64,000 nt of DNA from Anolis carolinensis. Lineage: Eukaryota. A program made the position numbers and the translations under genes. How positions within the stretch are numbered: position 1 is the stretch's first letter; the number at the start of each line of letters is the position of its first letter. Location of the stretch: NCBI RefSeq assembly GCF_035594765.1, contig NC_085845.1:33164024-33228023 (forward strand). The letters run 5' to 3'. This document shows, in pieces, positions 1-12,970 of the stretch. The notes under the pieces are model-generated. The model did no database searches. It was given only the letters and a program-made list of their open reading frames with translations, and was not told the DNA's origin.

Positions 1-109
1 GCCAATGTGCATTTAATTTCACTGTGACAGAGCATGAGATGCTCTTCCTTCTTCAGTGCATAAGAAATGTAGTACTTAACTTTAGACATTGCACTAAACT
101 AATACCAGC

Positions 110-390
110 TGTCAGAAATGGCCTGGATGAGGGCAAACAATTTGAAGCTTAATTCTGACAAGGTAAAGGTGCTCCTGGTTGGTCAAAAGGAATAGGGATT
201 CAGCCTGTCTTGGAGAGAGTTACTATTTCATCACATGGGGCTTGTCCTTACACTCACCCTGAAATCTCAGGTTCACAGCTTGAATGAGCTCCTGGACCCA
301 GATCTGAGCCTGCATGTCCAGATTTTAGCAGTGGCCAGGAGGGTATTGGGAAGGCTAATGCTGGTGCTCTAGCTGTGCCTGTCTAATGGC
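110..390 (+). mobile_element. Old L2-type LINE ORF2 fragment
   Basis: Degraded translation W-M-R-A-N-N-L-K-L-N-S-D-K-x-K-V-L-L-V-G from ~123 resembles the post-YADD region of L2/CR1 RTs; frameshifted. Confidence 0.55.
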
Positions 391-539
391 ACTGAAAAGT
401 TCAAGCGGGCCTTCCACCCACACCTAGCCATAGAATTCAATAAACAGGGCACCCACACTGAGAAGGTCTTCTCTTTTGTATTCCATATGCCCATTCAAAC
501 AAGGTATTCAGAGGGCATTTTAAAAGGTGACCTAAGAGT

Positions 540-667
540 CTGTCTTTGTTCTATGTTAAAAGGTATTGAATGTTTGCCTATATGTATAATGTGATTCGCC
601 CTAAGTCCCCTTCGGGGTGAGAAGGGCGGAATATAAATGCTGTAAATAAATAAATAAATAAATAAAT
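540..667 (+). mobile_element. 3' end of L2-tailed SINE/LINE with (TAAA)n tail
   Basis: CGCCCTAAGTCCCCTTCGGGGTGAGAAGGGCGGAATATAAAT stem-loop followed by (AAAT)n; same tail as the elements at 24371-24598, 44911-45402 and 50033-50510. Confidence 0.75.
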
Positions 668-1899
668 GAGGCAGTTAGGGTCGTGAATATGTAATGTGTG
701 TACTACATTTGCAAAATGTAAAATATGAGAAAAGAGAATTTAGGAGTGCACTTTTTCAAAGTGTAATTTGTAGCTTCAGTTTAGAACATAACTGTCTGAA
801 CACTTTTCATAATATAGCAGCAAACAAATATAATCACAGTAAAACAAAACATTCTGCACTATGGATCAATTTCTTTAAAAATCAAACTTATTTTCTTTTG
901 CTGCTACAGATTCAACATCAACATAACTGCTCCAGTGATTTAGAACAAACACAAATTTCAATAGCATCACTTTGCTTTCTTGTACTTAAGTTGCATGACT
1001 CTTTTCAGTTTGATAAAAGCTTATGGCATGGTCTTTGGTCACAAGGAGGAAAGTCTAATTGAGTTTTCTTTTGGGGATAGGGTGAATGCAGGCTTTGAAG
1101 ATTAACTTTTTCTAACTTTTAAATTATTTCAGTTCCAATGTAGTCTAAAAGTTACATGCCAAGAAAGCTGAGGCAAGCCGAGCAGAACATTCCTATAAGA
1201 CTATCTACTGTGCTTCAGAGAATTTGTTTGTATATCAGATGGTGAATCATTTCATACTTATTCCCAGCTTACCGCCACATACGTCTCAGAAAGCAAATCA
1301 AATTGTAAAATTCAGAAAATGCCAAGGTTGGCTAACATTGTGGCACATCACAAATAGCAGCAAATCCAGATATACTTGGGAAATGGTGCGGCTGGTGGCA
1401 CAACGCACTGGTCAAAATGAGAAACGTGAGGCAGAAATAAATCAGAAGCAGTGAGGAAATGAAGCAGACTTGGTGTATATTTGCTGTGGCTGTTATCTTT
1501 GGCCATTTTCAACAGATTTCCAGGCATATGTGCTTCCTTATTTATTTGACAAATTTATTGTTTCACTCTTCAATCACCAAAACTCAACAATACCTTAGTG
1601 AAAAATATTTTTTAGAATCACAGCTACACAATAAGGACCCAAGGAATACAAGATTATAAGCAACATTGGAAGGTTATGCGTATGGAGAGATGAACCATAT
1701 ACGTATATATGCATTTCTTTAGACCACTGGTGGGAATGGTGTCACCCTCCAATTATTATTGAACACAGATTTCCAGAAGTCATAGCTAATGGTGGAAAAT
1801 GCTGAAAGTTCCATCTGTGGAAGGTCCGTGTCATTACCACTTCTGCTTTATACACACTATTGCCCCTCGATCCATCATTTCCAACCAGGGCATAATCAT

Positions 1900-2453
1900 T
1901 GTTCTGCCCCCACTCTATCTTAACTACTTGGAAGGTGAACTGTCTGCACGGAGAACAGATCAGAGACTATATAGTTGAATCAAACAAGTGTTTTTAACTG
2001 ACAAGAATTTTCGACTTTCTCTCCTCCTAAGTCTCACTACAAAGTCTTTATGAGGAGACATTAAGTCTTTGAGAGATAGACACAGTTCTGACCAAACTGA
2101 GACTCTTGAATCTTTGTTTCTTCTTATTGTCTCTTTCTTGTATGGTGTTTAACTGTTTTTACGATGGTCTCAATATTTAATTCTGACTGGACTTGAATAC
2201 AGCTCCGACTGGATGTGCTATTTGTAGACCTTCCAGCCTTCCTCTCTCTTCACCTTCCAGTCACAAAAAAGCTGACTCTTCCAAGAACAAGAAGCCTTGC
2301 CTGACACCCCACCCTTGAGGAGATTCTTAAAGGGGCAGGGCGACAGAGGCTTCAAATGCAAAGAGGCTGTCTAGACTGACCTCCCAGAAACTGTACATAA
2401 AATATTAATCTCTCTAACTAAAAAGGGGTTAAGGGTCTTCATGGGGCATGACA
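1900..2453. mobile_element. Probable solo LTR (Gypsy-like)
   Basis: Starts TGTTCTGCCCC and ends GGGGCATGACA (imperfect terminal inverted repeat, TG...CA). Flanks ATCAT/ATAAT resemble a 5-bp TSD with one mismatch. Confidence 0.5.
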
Positions 2454-3853
2454 ATAATACTGATCCTACCTTATAAGGCCAGTGGAAATGGTCTGTGAAA
2501 GGACCAGTGGTGAACCACTTCATCCTAGGAACACAAGTCTAGTGGACTCACAGTTTGTTTCTTAGTTTTATTTATAATCTGCTCTTCCCCCCTCACGAAA
2601 TCCAAGGCATTGCTGCTGATGGAAGGGCGTCCTGTACCACATCTGAAATGGCAAGTTATATGCTGTGTCTATACAGGCTTGGAGTCATTGTTCCCATTGA
2701 ATCATTGATAAACAACCCTGCTGAAAGAAAGCTATGTTTGAAGGGTTTTCCTACTGTTGAAAGTTGTGAATTGTGGATCAAACAGCTATTCTATATATTC
2801 CATGTAATGATGTCACAGAATTTCAATGACAGACTTTGGTTTTAAGGGCCACAGGCTTTGTATCAAAGTTCTAATAAAAAGCATCAAATGTTTATATGTT
2901 TACTGAATGGCAAATGTGATACTGTAGTATTTTTTCTCAGTATTGTGCTAGATTTCATTGTGCAATTACTGTATTTTTTAAAATGTAAACAATAAAAATG
3001 AACTCCCCACCCCTCAGTTATTATAACTAATAGTAGTATTAAAATACACTTCATAGTTGATATGAAACTAAGTTCATTTTTCAGAGGAATTTTTCAACAT
3101 CAACTTTTGAAATTCTTCAGAGGATACATTTAAACAACATACATTATATTTATGTTTTTACTCCTTTTTGAGGAATTGAAATACTGTGGATTCACCAAAA
3201 CTGAAGAGTTAGAGAATTAAGAAAGAGAAAGAAAGGGAATACAAGCCTGCTGAAGTGCAGTCACACGACTTCGATTCTACTGTGATCTGAAATAAACTTA
3301 ATGGCTTACAAGTATTTTAACAGGCAACACTCTGTTTTTTCTCAACAATATGTCACCTGCTAATGGAATTCTTGTAAGACTGAAGACAAAATCATTTTAA
3401 AAAATCAATAAATACTAGCTTTAACATCTTCTACGATTTCAGACCCAAACCTAACTAATAAACAAGTATAACAAAGATACAGAACTGTGAAAACATTTTA
3501 AAAACTTTTTGAGGGTGGGGTGCAAGCCCGATTTGGGATTTTTTAAGAAAGGAAACAAAATGAGCTGTTTTATCAGAGAAGCATACTTTTTGTCAGAGAC
3601 TAGGCATCTTTTGCCAGATGTTTCAACTTATAACTGATCCTTTTTAGATTTTTTTTAACAATGTCATGATAACAATAAGGGGAACTCCTGGGGATTGCTG
3701 GAAAATCCCAGGAAGTTCTTACTTGTGAATTTATACTATAAGATGGACTTTTTCTTTCAAATATGGTTATTTAACTTGACAGAGGGAAGAGGAAGTGGAG
3801 GAGGGTGGTGGAAACAAGTGGTTGATGATCAAGCATTTCTGGCTTTGGGGGTA

Positions 3854-4176
3854 CAGTAGAGTCTCACTTATCCAAGCTAAACGGGCTGGCAGAAGCTTGG
3901 ATAAGCAAATATCTTGGATAATAAGGAGGGATTAAGGAAAAGCCTATTAAACATCAAATTAGGTTATGATTTTACAAATTAAGCACCAAAACATCATGTT
4001 ATACAACAAATTTGACAGGAAAAGCAGTTCAATACGCAGTAATGTTATGTTGTAATTACTGTATTTACGAATTTAGCACCAAAATATCACGATGTATTGA
4101 AAACATTGACTACAAAAATGGCTTGGATAATCCAGAGGCTTGGATAAGTGAGGCTTGGATAAGTGAGACTCTACTG
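3854..4176. mobile_element. Tc1/mariner (Tigger-like) MITE
   Basis: TIRs CAGTAGAGTCTCACTTATCCAAGC / GCTTGGATAAGTGAGACTCTACTG with a TA TSD; near-identical copies at 24958-25280 and 52609-52931. Confidence 0.9.
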
Positions 4177-4247
4177 TATTCGGAATTTGGATTTCCAAAT
4201 TAGGAAATGCTCTCCCTATACAATGCAAGACAATCTTTCATTGAACT

Positions 4248-4499
4248 GTGTGTTGTTGAAGGCTTTCATGGCCGGGATCACAGGGTTGTTGTATGTCTTT
4301 CGGGCTGTGTGGCCATGTTCCAGAAGTATTCTCTCCTGACGTTTCGCCCACATCTATGGCAGGCATCCTCAGAGGTTGTGAGGTATGGAATACCTCCATA
4401 CCTCACAACCTCTGAGGATGCCTGCCATAGATGTGGGCGAAACATCAGGAGAGAATACTTCTGGAACATGGCCACACAGCCCGAAAGACATACAACAAC
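4248..4499. mobile_element. Penelope-like element terminal remnant forming an inverted repeat
   Basis: Arms 4285-4389 and 4395-4499 are reverse complements (104/105) around a 5-nt loop. The sequence matches the Penelope terminus linked to GIY-YIG coding sequence at 21604-22245. Confidence 0.85.
4335..4375 (-). ncRNA. Minimal type-I hammerhead ribozyme motif (Penelope-associated)
   Basis: Minus strand reads CCU-CUGAGGA-U-GCCUGC-CAUAGAU-GUGGGC-GAAA-C-GUC-AGG: CUGANGA and GAAA cores, a 6-bp stem II, a GUC cleavage triplet, a CCU/AGG stem I and a palindromic ACGU mini stem III. Confidence 0.75.
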
Positions 4500-5149
4500 T
4501 TTTTCATTGAACTGTTTTTACATGATATTTAATAGTTAATTTATGTGCCGCATTTAATATAGAAGTTGAAAGGCAATTAGAAAATCTGAAAGACATAAAT
4601 CAAAAGGCACCACTAAAAGTATAACTCACAGTTCAAAGTTCCAATGCTGTATATAAGAAGGAAAAGTGAAACTGTGTTTGGAGAAAAAGTCAGAGTGACA
4701 ATGCAAGCGTGAGAACCTTAGTACATTCTTGAATTTTGATCTGCTATGTTCCTTTTTTATACCAAAGAATTAAATAGCACCCTCTGAAGCTTCAGCATTT
4801 GCAGAGGAGGGAAAGAAAGAAATTATTCTAAGAAAAAGTTGATGTTTGAAGGAATATTTAATGAAAGAAAAATAAGAGATAACAATAATCCGTACCAGAA
4901 ACAAAGATACTGGAATATTATTTACCTTCACAAACACATTACTCAAATCACTGTTGAATTTCAGATCCAATATAGATTTGTAGAAACTCAAGAATGTAAA
5001 TTGACCATAAACTATTCAAGTGTTCTCCTCATTATGTTTGGCTCTATGGGATATCACTGAGGGAGAATTCAGCTATTAGAATTTTCTGCCATAATGAAAG
5101 AATTTCTGTTGCACTGCTGTGTACTATGAAAAGGACAGAAGACATCATT

Positions 5150-5450
5150 TCTGGCTTTTTGATCTGCAAGATTTTTAATAACACCATCAAAATTGGTTTA
5201 CCTGGCATGCTTGATTCAATATTCGGACATGCTACATTAACAAATCAAGTCTGAGACATGGTAGATCTTTAAAAACTTTTTGATATGTTTGAGTTTGCTA
5301 AAAGATCTTTCTGCTGTGACTGGAATTGTCAACAATATTCTCAAACTAGCACGAACATTTGGAAATATCTCACAGATTTTGTAGTAAGTTGATAAATTTA
5401 GCAATTCTGAAGGTTTGCATTTCTGTGGCATCATTAATATCAGTAGAATA
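5150..5450 (-). mobile_element. hAT transposase C-terminal (dimerisation domain) remnant
   Basis: ORF 5237-5434 contains EIFPNVRASLRILLTIPVTAERSFSKLKHIK, the typical hATC motif; truncated and degraded. Confidence 0.75.
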
Positions 5451-8437
5451 TTGGTGTTGGTTTTTTTTTAAAAAAAAAAATTCTAGCTCAATTCCAGACA
5501 TTGTGGGATAATTTGACAAGAAATAAAAATGTTCAGCCAACCTCTTAACTGCACTAAAACATATCCTGCAATAACATTGTCAATTCAAACATAAAGCACA
5601 GATATGTGGGATGTGGCCACTGGTAACATATTTTTCAATTTCTACTTGAGCATGAAATTTATTTGTAATATACTGAATGTTAACGCCGACTCTTGACTTA
5701 ACACTCTTCCTGTCAAAACAATCAGAATGCAGCTCTTCTTCAATCTTGCTTACCACGGGAAAAGGAATTTAATTTGCTTCTTTATCAAGTGATTGGACAT
5801 TTCCTACATCCGAAACCATGTTTTTATTTTATAATGGCATATCTTCTTTAGGTTCCCTTGTGATTGCATCAACTCTTTCTTTAGAGGGTCACAAACTGGG
5901 CTTTCAACAGTTTTTTCTAATTCTTCCAAAAGAGAGGAACCTGTGAAGTTTTCTGCAGGAAATGTATTGAGTGCTTTTAGTCCTACCTAGAAGAGGTCTG
6001 CTCTCCGTTTTTCTGCCTTGACTCTCTTTTTGTCCTTTCCTGTCATTTCTGCCATCCTGATTTGTGAGGATACATTGTAAATTGGTGGTTTTTAAAAAGA
6101 ACTTGTCAAATTTGGACCTGGAAGACATAGTAAATATATGTTATATAATGAAATGCTGGCCTTCCTGGCTACAATGTCAATGTGAGCTATGATCAACAAC
6201 CAGAACTCAGAAGCCTAAGTAAACACACACCATTTCACACAGTGAAATAATCTAAAGATAGACAGGCCCCAATAAAAAGCCAAGAAAGTATAATAAAAGT
6301 TGCATGCTTACTAACTTTTGTAAAATAATGCAAGGGGAGGTGTCTGTCAGGGTTTGTTGTTATTGTCGATTTGTTTTATTTTTTTGATGGATGAGATGAC
6401 AGACATTTGTGGGCTCTTCCTTGGTTCTCCAGATGCCGAGCTCTGGATCAAGAATAGACCCCATTCTTGTAGGCCCTGCCAAAGACAGCAATCCTATGAA
6501 CAATATCCAGAGAGCAAGCTCCTTTTTAATTACAGCATGTGTTACTGCTGAGTCAACGATGGGATCCAGCTATGAGGGCGGACAAATATGTGTGCCAAAA
6601 GCACAGAACTTCTCTGTTATCGAATCATTTTAGCATTTTATGAACTTGTCTGTCAGCATCTGCTCAAATCTTTGCAAAACAGAACTAGTAACTATTTTCT
6701 TTTCATTCTCAGTTCTTTGGATCCCAGCTTCTGTGTTTAGACTCATGCCCTTCTTGTAATAAAAACTGGCTGGAAAGAGTTGGGATTATTATAGGTTTCC
6801 TGCTGGCAAGGCTGCAGTTAGATTGTGTCAGCAACTCTATTACTGCTGTTATATACCTTTTTCCTTTATCGTTTCATATTGTGCCTCTAAATATTTCTCA
6901 GGGGCTGAAGCTCACTGCAACACACCTGCACTAGAAACAAATGTATTTATTTACTTACTACCATACTGAAAACAAAATGAGTGTCTTTTAAATACGCTTT
7001 TCCTTTAATTTTGGATCCTTTTATAATTATGCTCAACAAATGGCTTTGATTTAACAGACTTTTAGTTAATCCCTTATTTTCTTCCCTTAAAAATGGTTTT
7101 TAGCATTTAAAAAAGTCCTTAAGAACTTTTACCTATAGTTTTACCTATAATTACCTATAGTTTTTCAGCCTATTTCCCAAGAAAATCACTTGGAATTGTA
7201 GCCTAGAATCACTTGAAAATCAAAGCTAGTCCACTCCTACAAAGTAGCCAAAGCTATATGTTACTGGTACTTCAGACAAGCCTGATGAAACAAGAATATA
7301 ATTGGTAGATAAAGAGTGAAAAAAGTGATCATTTCACTTCTACACAATTTTCCATTAACATGATAACTGTCAGCCTCAGCCTCCCAAGTGGGATTCTTAA
7401 GACTTGACCAATAATTGATATATGGAATCTTCCTCATAACGTTTGACATTTTAAGAGGTTCCACATGGTGGTACTATAGGTTCAAGCAAACGTAAACTGC
7501 TGTACCTTTCCCTTGCTTGCATGTCTTGCCTCATTAATAAATTTTGCCATTTTGACTACACTCTGAAGTTGTGTGGCCACCTATATCTGGGTTTTCATCT
7601 ACAAAATGTAGCATACTCTTCAGGTTGTACTCTCTCAGCTTTAGAGGAAGGCAACAACAAGCCACTTCTCAATGTATCTTGCAAGATAACACCATGATAG
7701 GTTTGTCTTAAGGTCTCCATTAATCAAAAATTACTTAAAGGCACATGACAATATATATCAGTGCTATTTAAATGTCTGCAAGCAATCAATGAATAGTTCC
7801 TGATGAGGGTCCAGGAAAGAAAGAAATAATGATTGACAATGCAAACAAACAAACATAGAACCATTCCCTGGCACATTGGTGGGTTTCAGATAGCTTGAGA
7901 CATACTGTTCTGTATTAATATTTTTAAAAATTAATATTTGCTTTTTAAGAAATACTACACCTTGGAAATAGATTGTCAATAGAGTCTTCTCAGAAGTTAA
8001 TTGCTCTTCTGTTTTCAGAGAAAAATAGTATTACAGCTGAAAACTCTGGAAATGGATCTGGGGCCTTTTCACATTGTACAATTTCAGTAGTCTTTCTACA
8101 GTTCCAGGAGTCATTCCATATTTGAGGGGGTAGGTTTCCTGAGAATGTGAAAATACTATTAATATAAATAAAAACACAAATGCTGTTTTTTAACATAGGA
8201 AAACATTTATCTAAGCATTTCTAGGTTCTCCAGCATGCTCCTATTTTGACTATCACCAAGAGTTGAGCAAGTGTACTGGCGGACCTAGAGATGTCCAGAG
8301 GAAACATATGTTTCATTTGCATATAGGGAAGCAACAGAGGCAGCAACAAATATAATAATCCTCAAATCTTAAAACCCAGAAATGTTTAATCAACAAATGT
8401 GGAAGGATGACTATATAACCATATGTTTTCACCTTGA

Positions 8438-8956
8438 CTGCTCTGGTTCCCCATCTCCCCCTATGAACCTGCACGATCTCTTCGCTCTTCGGGGGAGGCC
8501 CTCCTCTCGCTCCCACCACCTTCGCAGTTGTGGCTGGTGGGGACGAGAGAGAGGGCCTTCTCCGCTGTGGCCCCCCGCCTCTGGAACTCACTCCCGAGGG
8601 AGATTAGACAGGCCCCCACCCTCCTTGCCTTTCGAAAAAGCCTTAAAACCTGGCTTTTCCAGAGGGCCTTCGATGACTAATTTTTGGGGGTTGATTTGTC
8701 TGCCCATTTAATTTAATTAGAGAGTGTTCTGCCATGATTATTGATACCTTGCTGAGTACTTCTGCCACGAAGCTACAGAAGCCCTCTATTTCGGCCTAGA
8801 ACTGTTTTATCTCCTTGTTTTTAACATGTGATGTATGTATTGATTGTATGACTGCTTTTCATGTTTGATTTTACAATATGTAATTTGTCACTGTTTATTA
8901 TTGTTGTGAGCCGCCCCGAGTCCCCTCGGGGAGATGGGGCGGGATATAAGAATAAA

Positions 8957-8992
<36 letters not shown>
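8438..8992 (+). mobile_element. 5'-truncated L2 LINE 3' end
   Basis: Homologous to the 3' part of 30162-31070. Ends GTGAGCCGCCCCGAGTCCCCTCGGGGAGATGGGGCGGG, AATAAA and an (ATT)n tail. Confidence 0.8.
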
Positions 8993-8993
<1 letters not shown>

Positions 8994-10620
8994 GAAATCC
9001 TAGAATGTGCTATTTATGAAGGGGCATAATTATCAGTCACAGAGTGCTAATGCCTCACCAAAATGCAAATCTTTGGGTTACATAAGAATTTTGCCCTTGA
9101 ACTTAAAGTGGAATCATAGCTCTATAAGTGTGCAGTGTGAAAGGCCCCCTGAATCATTTTGAAATCTCTTACAATATAAAGATTTATAGCAGGCAAAAAT
9201 GATAGTGTCATCCTAAATATGTGTTAAATAGAAAGCAATTTCTTTCTTTGTACTATAGTTTATAGACTAGAGATGCACAATTTTATTTCTCCTGCACTAC
9301 AGAGCTCACAAAAGTGACCCAACTGCCAATTGGAGGCTTCAAAGGAAAAGTTGATTAAAACCATCTTAGTGGATGTGGAAAGAAAATAGTAAACATTACC
9401 TGCTTTAATTTGGCCATTGTAAAATGCACTGATGATAAGATTAAAGATACAATCTTATTCTTACACATTATTTTCATACTGTGTATTTTATTGCTCTTGT
9501 TGATTGTTCAGCAAACCATTTGCTACAAATTATGATTACACATGTGTGCTTTTGTAGAACTGTTTTTTGGAAATATATTAGCATATCTGTGTTATTTAAA
9601 GAGATTACAAATATCTGATTTATGGTGGCAATAAATTGTTGAGGTGTTTTAAGGAAAAAAATAGAAACCTAATGCATTCAGATTCATCAAAATGCAATCT
9701 CACAGATAACATCCCAAAGTGGTGAGTTTTCTACTTAGATGGCCCAGATTCTTTAATAGAGTGTACCAGGAGCTAGATTTATGTTTTAATAAATTGGAAT
9801 GTAAAGGTTGAAAGTGATTCTAACAAAGAACTATTGCATGCTTATGAGACATGAATACTAAGAGCTGAATATCCAGAACGCTGGTCTATATCAAGTAATT
9901 TTGCAAAACTTTCTGAGAAAATAGTCTGGCATACTTTATGGGCTGTTTTTATGTGAGCATTCAGAGTGCAAGACAACATGGATTATCTTCACATATTCAA
10001 GCAAGAAAGGCCATTCCCCTTTTAACTCACATCAAAATGCCTGCAAACTTGTGAAAAACCTTTGCACTATTTTGACTAGATATATAAACATGGAAGATGG
10101 AAAACTGGAAGACAAACATAAACACATATAGTTATAAAAGGAGCGTCCCTGAAGGTTATGCAGAGGAGACTTCTTCCCAGAATTAGGCAGGGGAGGGGGT
10201 TACTTTTGGCCTCCAGCTTCTAGAAACTCCCATCAAGTGTGACTATTTGCTGTTTTGAACTATAGCTCTCTTTATACACAAAGATTATAGCCAATAGCCA
10301 ATTTGGCAAAGGCATATCAAATCACTATATTATTACTTTCTTCTGAGGTTGAATTCAGAACTGTGGGTAAAGAGAGTCCTGCCTGGCAAATTGCGCTAAT
10401 AGCCCAGAGTTCCAGATTAGAAAATATGCTCACCGGGATAAAGATAGGCAAGAGGCTTTAATTACAATATGGCCAGAAAGAATGCAAGTATGGCTAGCGC
10501 CAAAAACATACTTGCATAACTATACAGAATACAAACCGGAGGTTTTATACAGTTGACAGCTATTCAGACTTGGATATATGTTGTCCAGAAAATTCCCTGG
10601 TGGGGTCAACAGAGATGCGA

Positions 10621-10886
10621 TTTTTTTTTTTTCGTGTCAGGAGCAACCGGAGTTGCTTCTGGAGTGAGAGAATTGGCCATCTGCAAGGACGTTGCCCAGG
10701 GGACGCCCAGATGTTTTGATGTTTTTACCATCCTTGTGGGAGGCTTCTCTCATGTCCCCACATGGAGCTGGAGCTGATAGAGGGAGCTCATCCACACTCT
10801 CCCCAGGTGGGATTCGAACCTGGCAGCTTTCAGGTCAGCAACCCAACCTTCAAGTCACTTAGTCCACTACGCCATCTGGGGGCTCC
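10621..10886 (-). mobile_element. tRNA-derived SINE with CCTGACACG(A)n tail
   Basis: Head GGAGCCCCC, B-box GGTTCGAATCC and poly(A) tail; near-identical to 23717-23982 and 38843-39138. Confidence 0.85.
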
Positions 10887-11443
10887 AGTTAGGGTGCGAT
10901 GACCCCATGGTTGTCTCTGATAGAAATCATATTATTAAATATATATTTTATTATGCACAGAAGGACAGGACAGGGAGTAAAAGTTGTAAATAAGGGATAT
11001 AATGTAGGCAGAAGCTGTAAAGGACACATTTTATTTAAAAGGTTGAGAAGCAATTGTCTTTGTAGGAGACTCATTGCTGCAGATCTGGTCTGTACATGCT
11101 ATGATATGAATCAGCGCATGTCTAGAAATTTAATTAAAAGATATAAAATGAAAAGTTAACTTTTGAGAGAGTTTGGTGGCTGTTGGTCCATCTGCCAGTG
11201 TTGTCCTTTACCAGAATCACTGGAGTTCCATGGAAAAGAACTGAAATTTTCATTTTCAGTTGGTGCCCTTGGAGAGCTATAAATTTATTTATTTATTTGT
11301 TTATTTACAGTATTTATATTCTGCCCTTCTCACCTCGAAGGGGACACATATAAGGCAAACATTCAATGCCATAACATAGAACAGAGACAGATGCTTGCCA
11401 ATGAGCAAGACTGATGGAAGTTGTAGTCTTGCATCCTCTAGAT

Positions 11444-11578
11444 CAGTGATTCCCAAACTTTGGGCCTCCAGGTGTTTTGGACTTCAACTCCTAAAAATGC
11501 CAGCCAGCTTACCAGCTGATAGGAACGATGGGAGCTGAAGTCCAAAACACCAGGAGGCCCAAAGGTTGGGAATCACTG
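11444..11578. mobile_element. hAT (Charlie-like) palindromic MITE
   Basis: TIRs CAGTGATTCCCAA / TTGGGAATCACTG in an NTCTAGAN target site. Confidence 0.8.
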
Positions 11579-12970
11579 ATCTAGAGGGTTTTTCTGTTGC
11601 TTCCCTACAATTTGGAAAAACAACACAAAAACAATAGTTGCAACTGAATTTGTATCTGAGAAAAAATATGCACACCTAGAAAACAGTGGGGAATGCCCAC
11701 ACAACAGTTTTAGAAGTTTATTTTGGAGGACAGCTTCCAGAATCCCCAGAGAAGGAACACTGACCTTACAGTGACAGTATATTACCCAATGTACTGTACA
11801 GCTGTACAACACACTGCTTCTGTGTTTTCTATTTCCATGTTCTCTTTATCTGTTCAACATCCCTGCTGGGGATGTGTGTGCGTGCTACTGGAATCTTGTA
11901 TGGCCCAAAAGACCTAAAAGTTGAGCCAACAATTGAAAGGAAATTTGCCTCTTGTTCTTAAGTAAAGTGGAGAAAATTACAGTAATGAAATCAGTGGAGG
12001 CTGGTGGTTTCTACATCAGTCAAATATTGAATGTGCTCAGACTTTAGTTTGAACTTTAAAACAACTACATTTCCTTTGAGCACCTCACATGGCTGCTTTA
12101 AAGCTTAGAGCAGATGCCTTATTGGGACTGGAGCTGCCAGCCTCCACTGAATAGCTGCAAAATAATGATGATGATGATTCAATGTTAAATACTCTCAGGA
12201 TGTCGGGAGCATCAGTTGGACACCAAGCATGAACTCTTCCCAGGCAAGGAAATTTTGTTCCAAGTCAGCAGCCTTTGCGTGACTATACTAATTGCTAGTT
12301 TGCATGTTTGTGACTTCTTGTTTGATTTTACCCATTCTCTTCCTCAGTTCTAACCTGCAGGCATCCTGTCATTTTCTTTCTTCTGCATATTTGATTAGGA
12401 ACAAGTTACTTGTAAGTAACGCTTCTGTTATACATTTAATGCATATATAATGCTAGTTTCTGGGGTTGTTGCTTAGCTTCTACTTTACCAGCTTCATCAT
12501 TTTTCTAAGATTCTCTATCTCTCATGTTTCCTAACAAATTTAAGTTCAGCTGCACATCCTGCACTAAGGCACCAGCCATATTAACATGGAGATCAACTCA
12601 GGTGAGTTGCTGTCAGATCAATAACTCTGTAGTGTCTCACTCAAAAGGATGCTTATCTCTAACATTATTACTTCTTTTAAAGGTCAGTTTAATATCCAAA
12701 TGTAATTTTGGATCCTTGCTCTTTCCTCAGATTAGGACATGCTTTTCTTTTCCCTGCTTGAACGAAACTATAAAGCTTACCAGGATCTTGACAGATCAGG
12801 TAATATCTGGCAAACTATTTTTGTCAATTCTTAGATTCATCACAAACTCTTTTTTTTTTTGCATGTTGAGTGTGTGCTTGGCTTATAGAAAAATATTTAT
12901 TTTTGTCACTTCTGAACACATACACATTTTCTCCATTTTCCTCTATCAGTCCCTAAAGCTCAAATTACTT

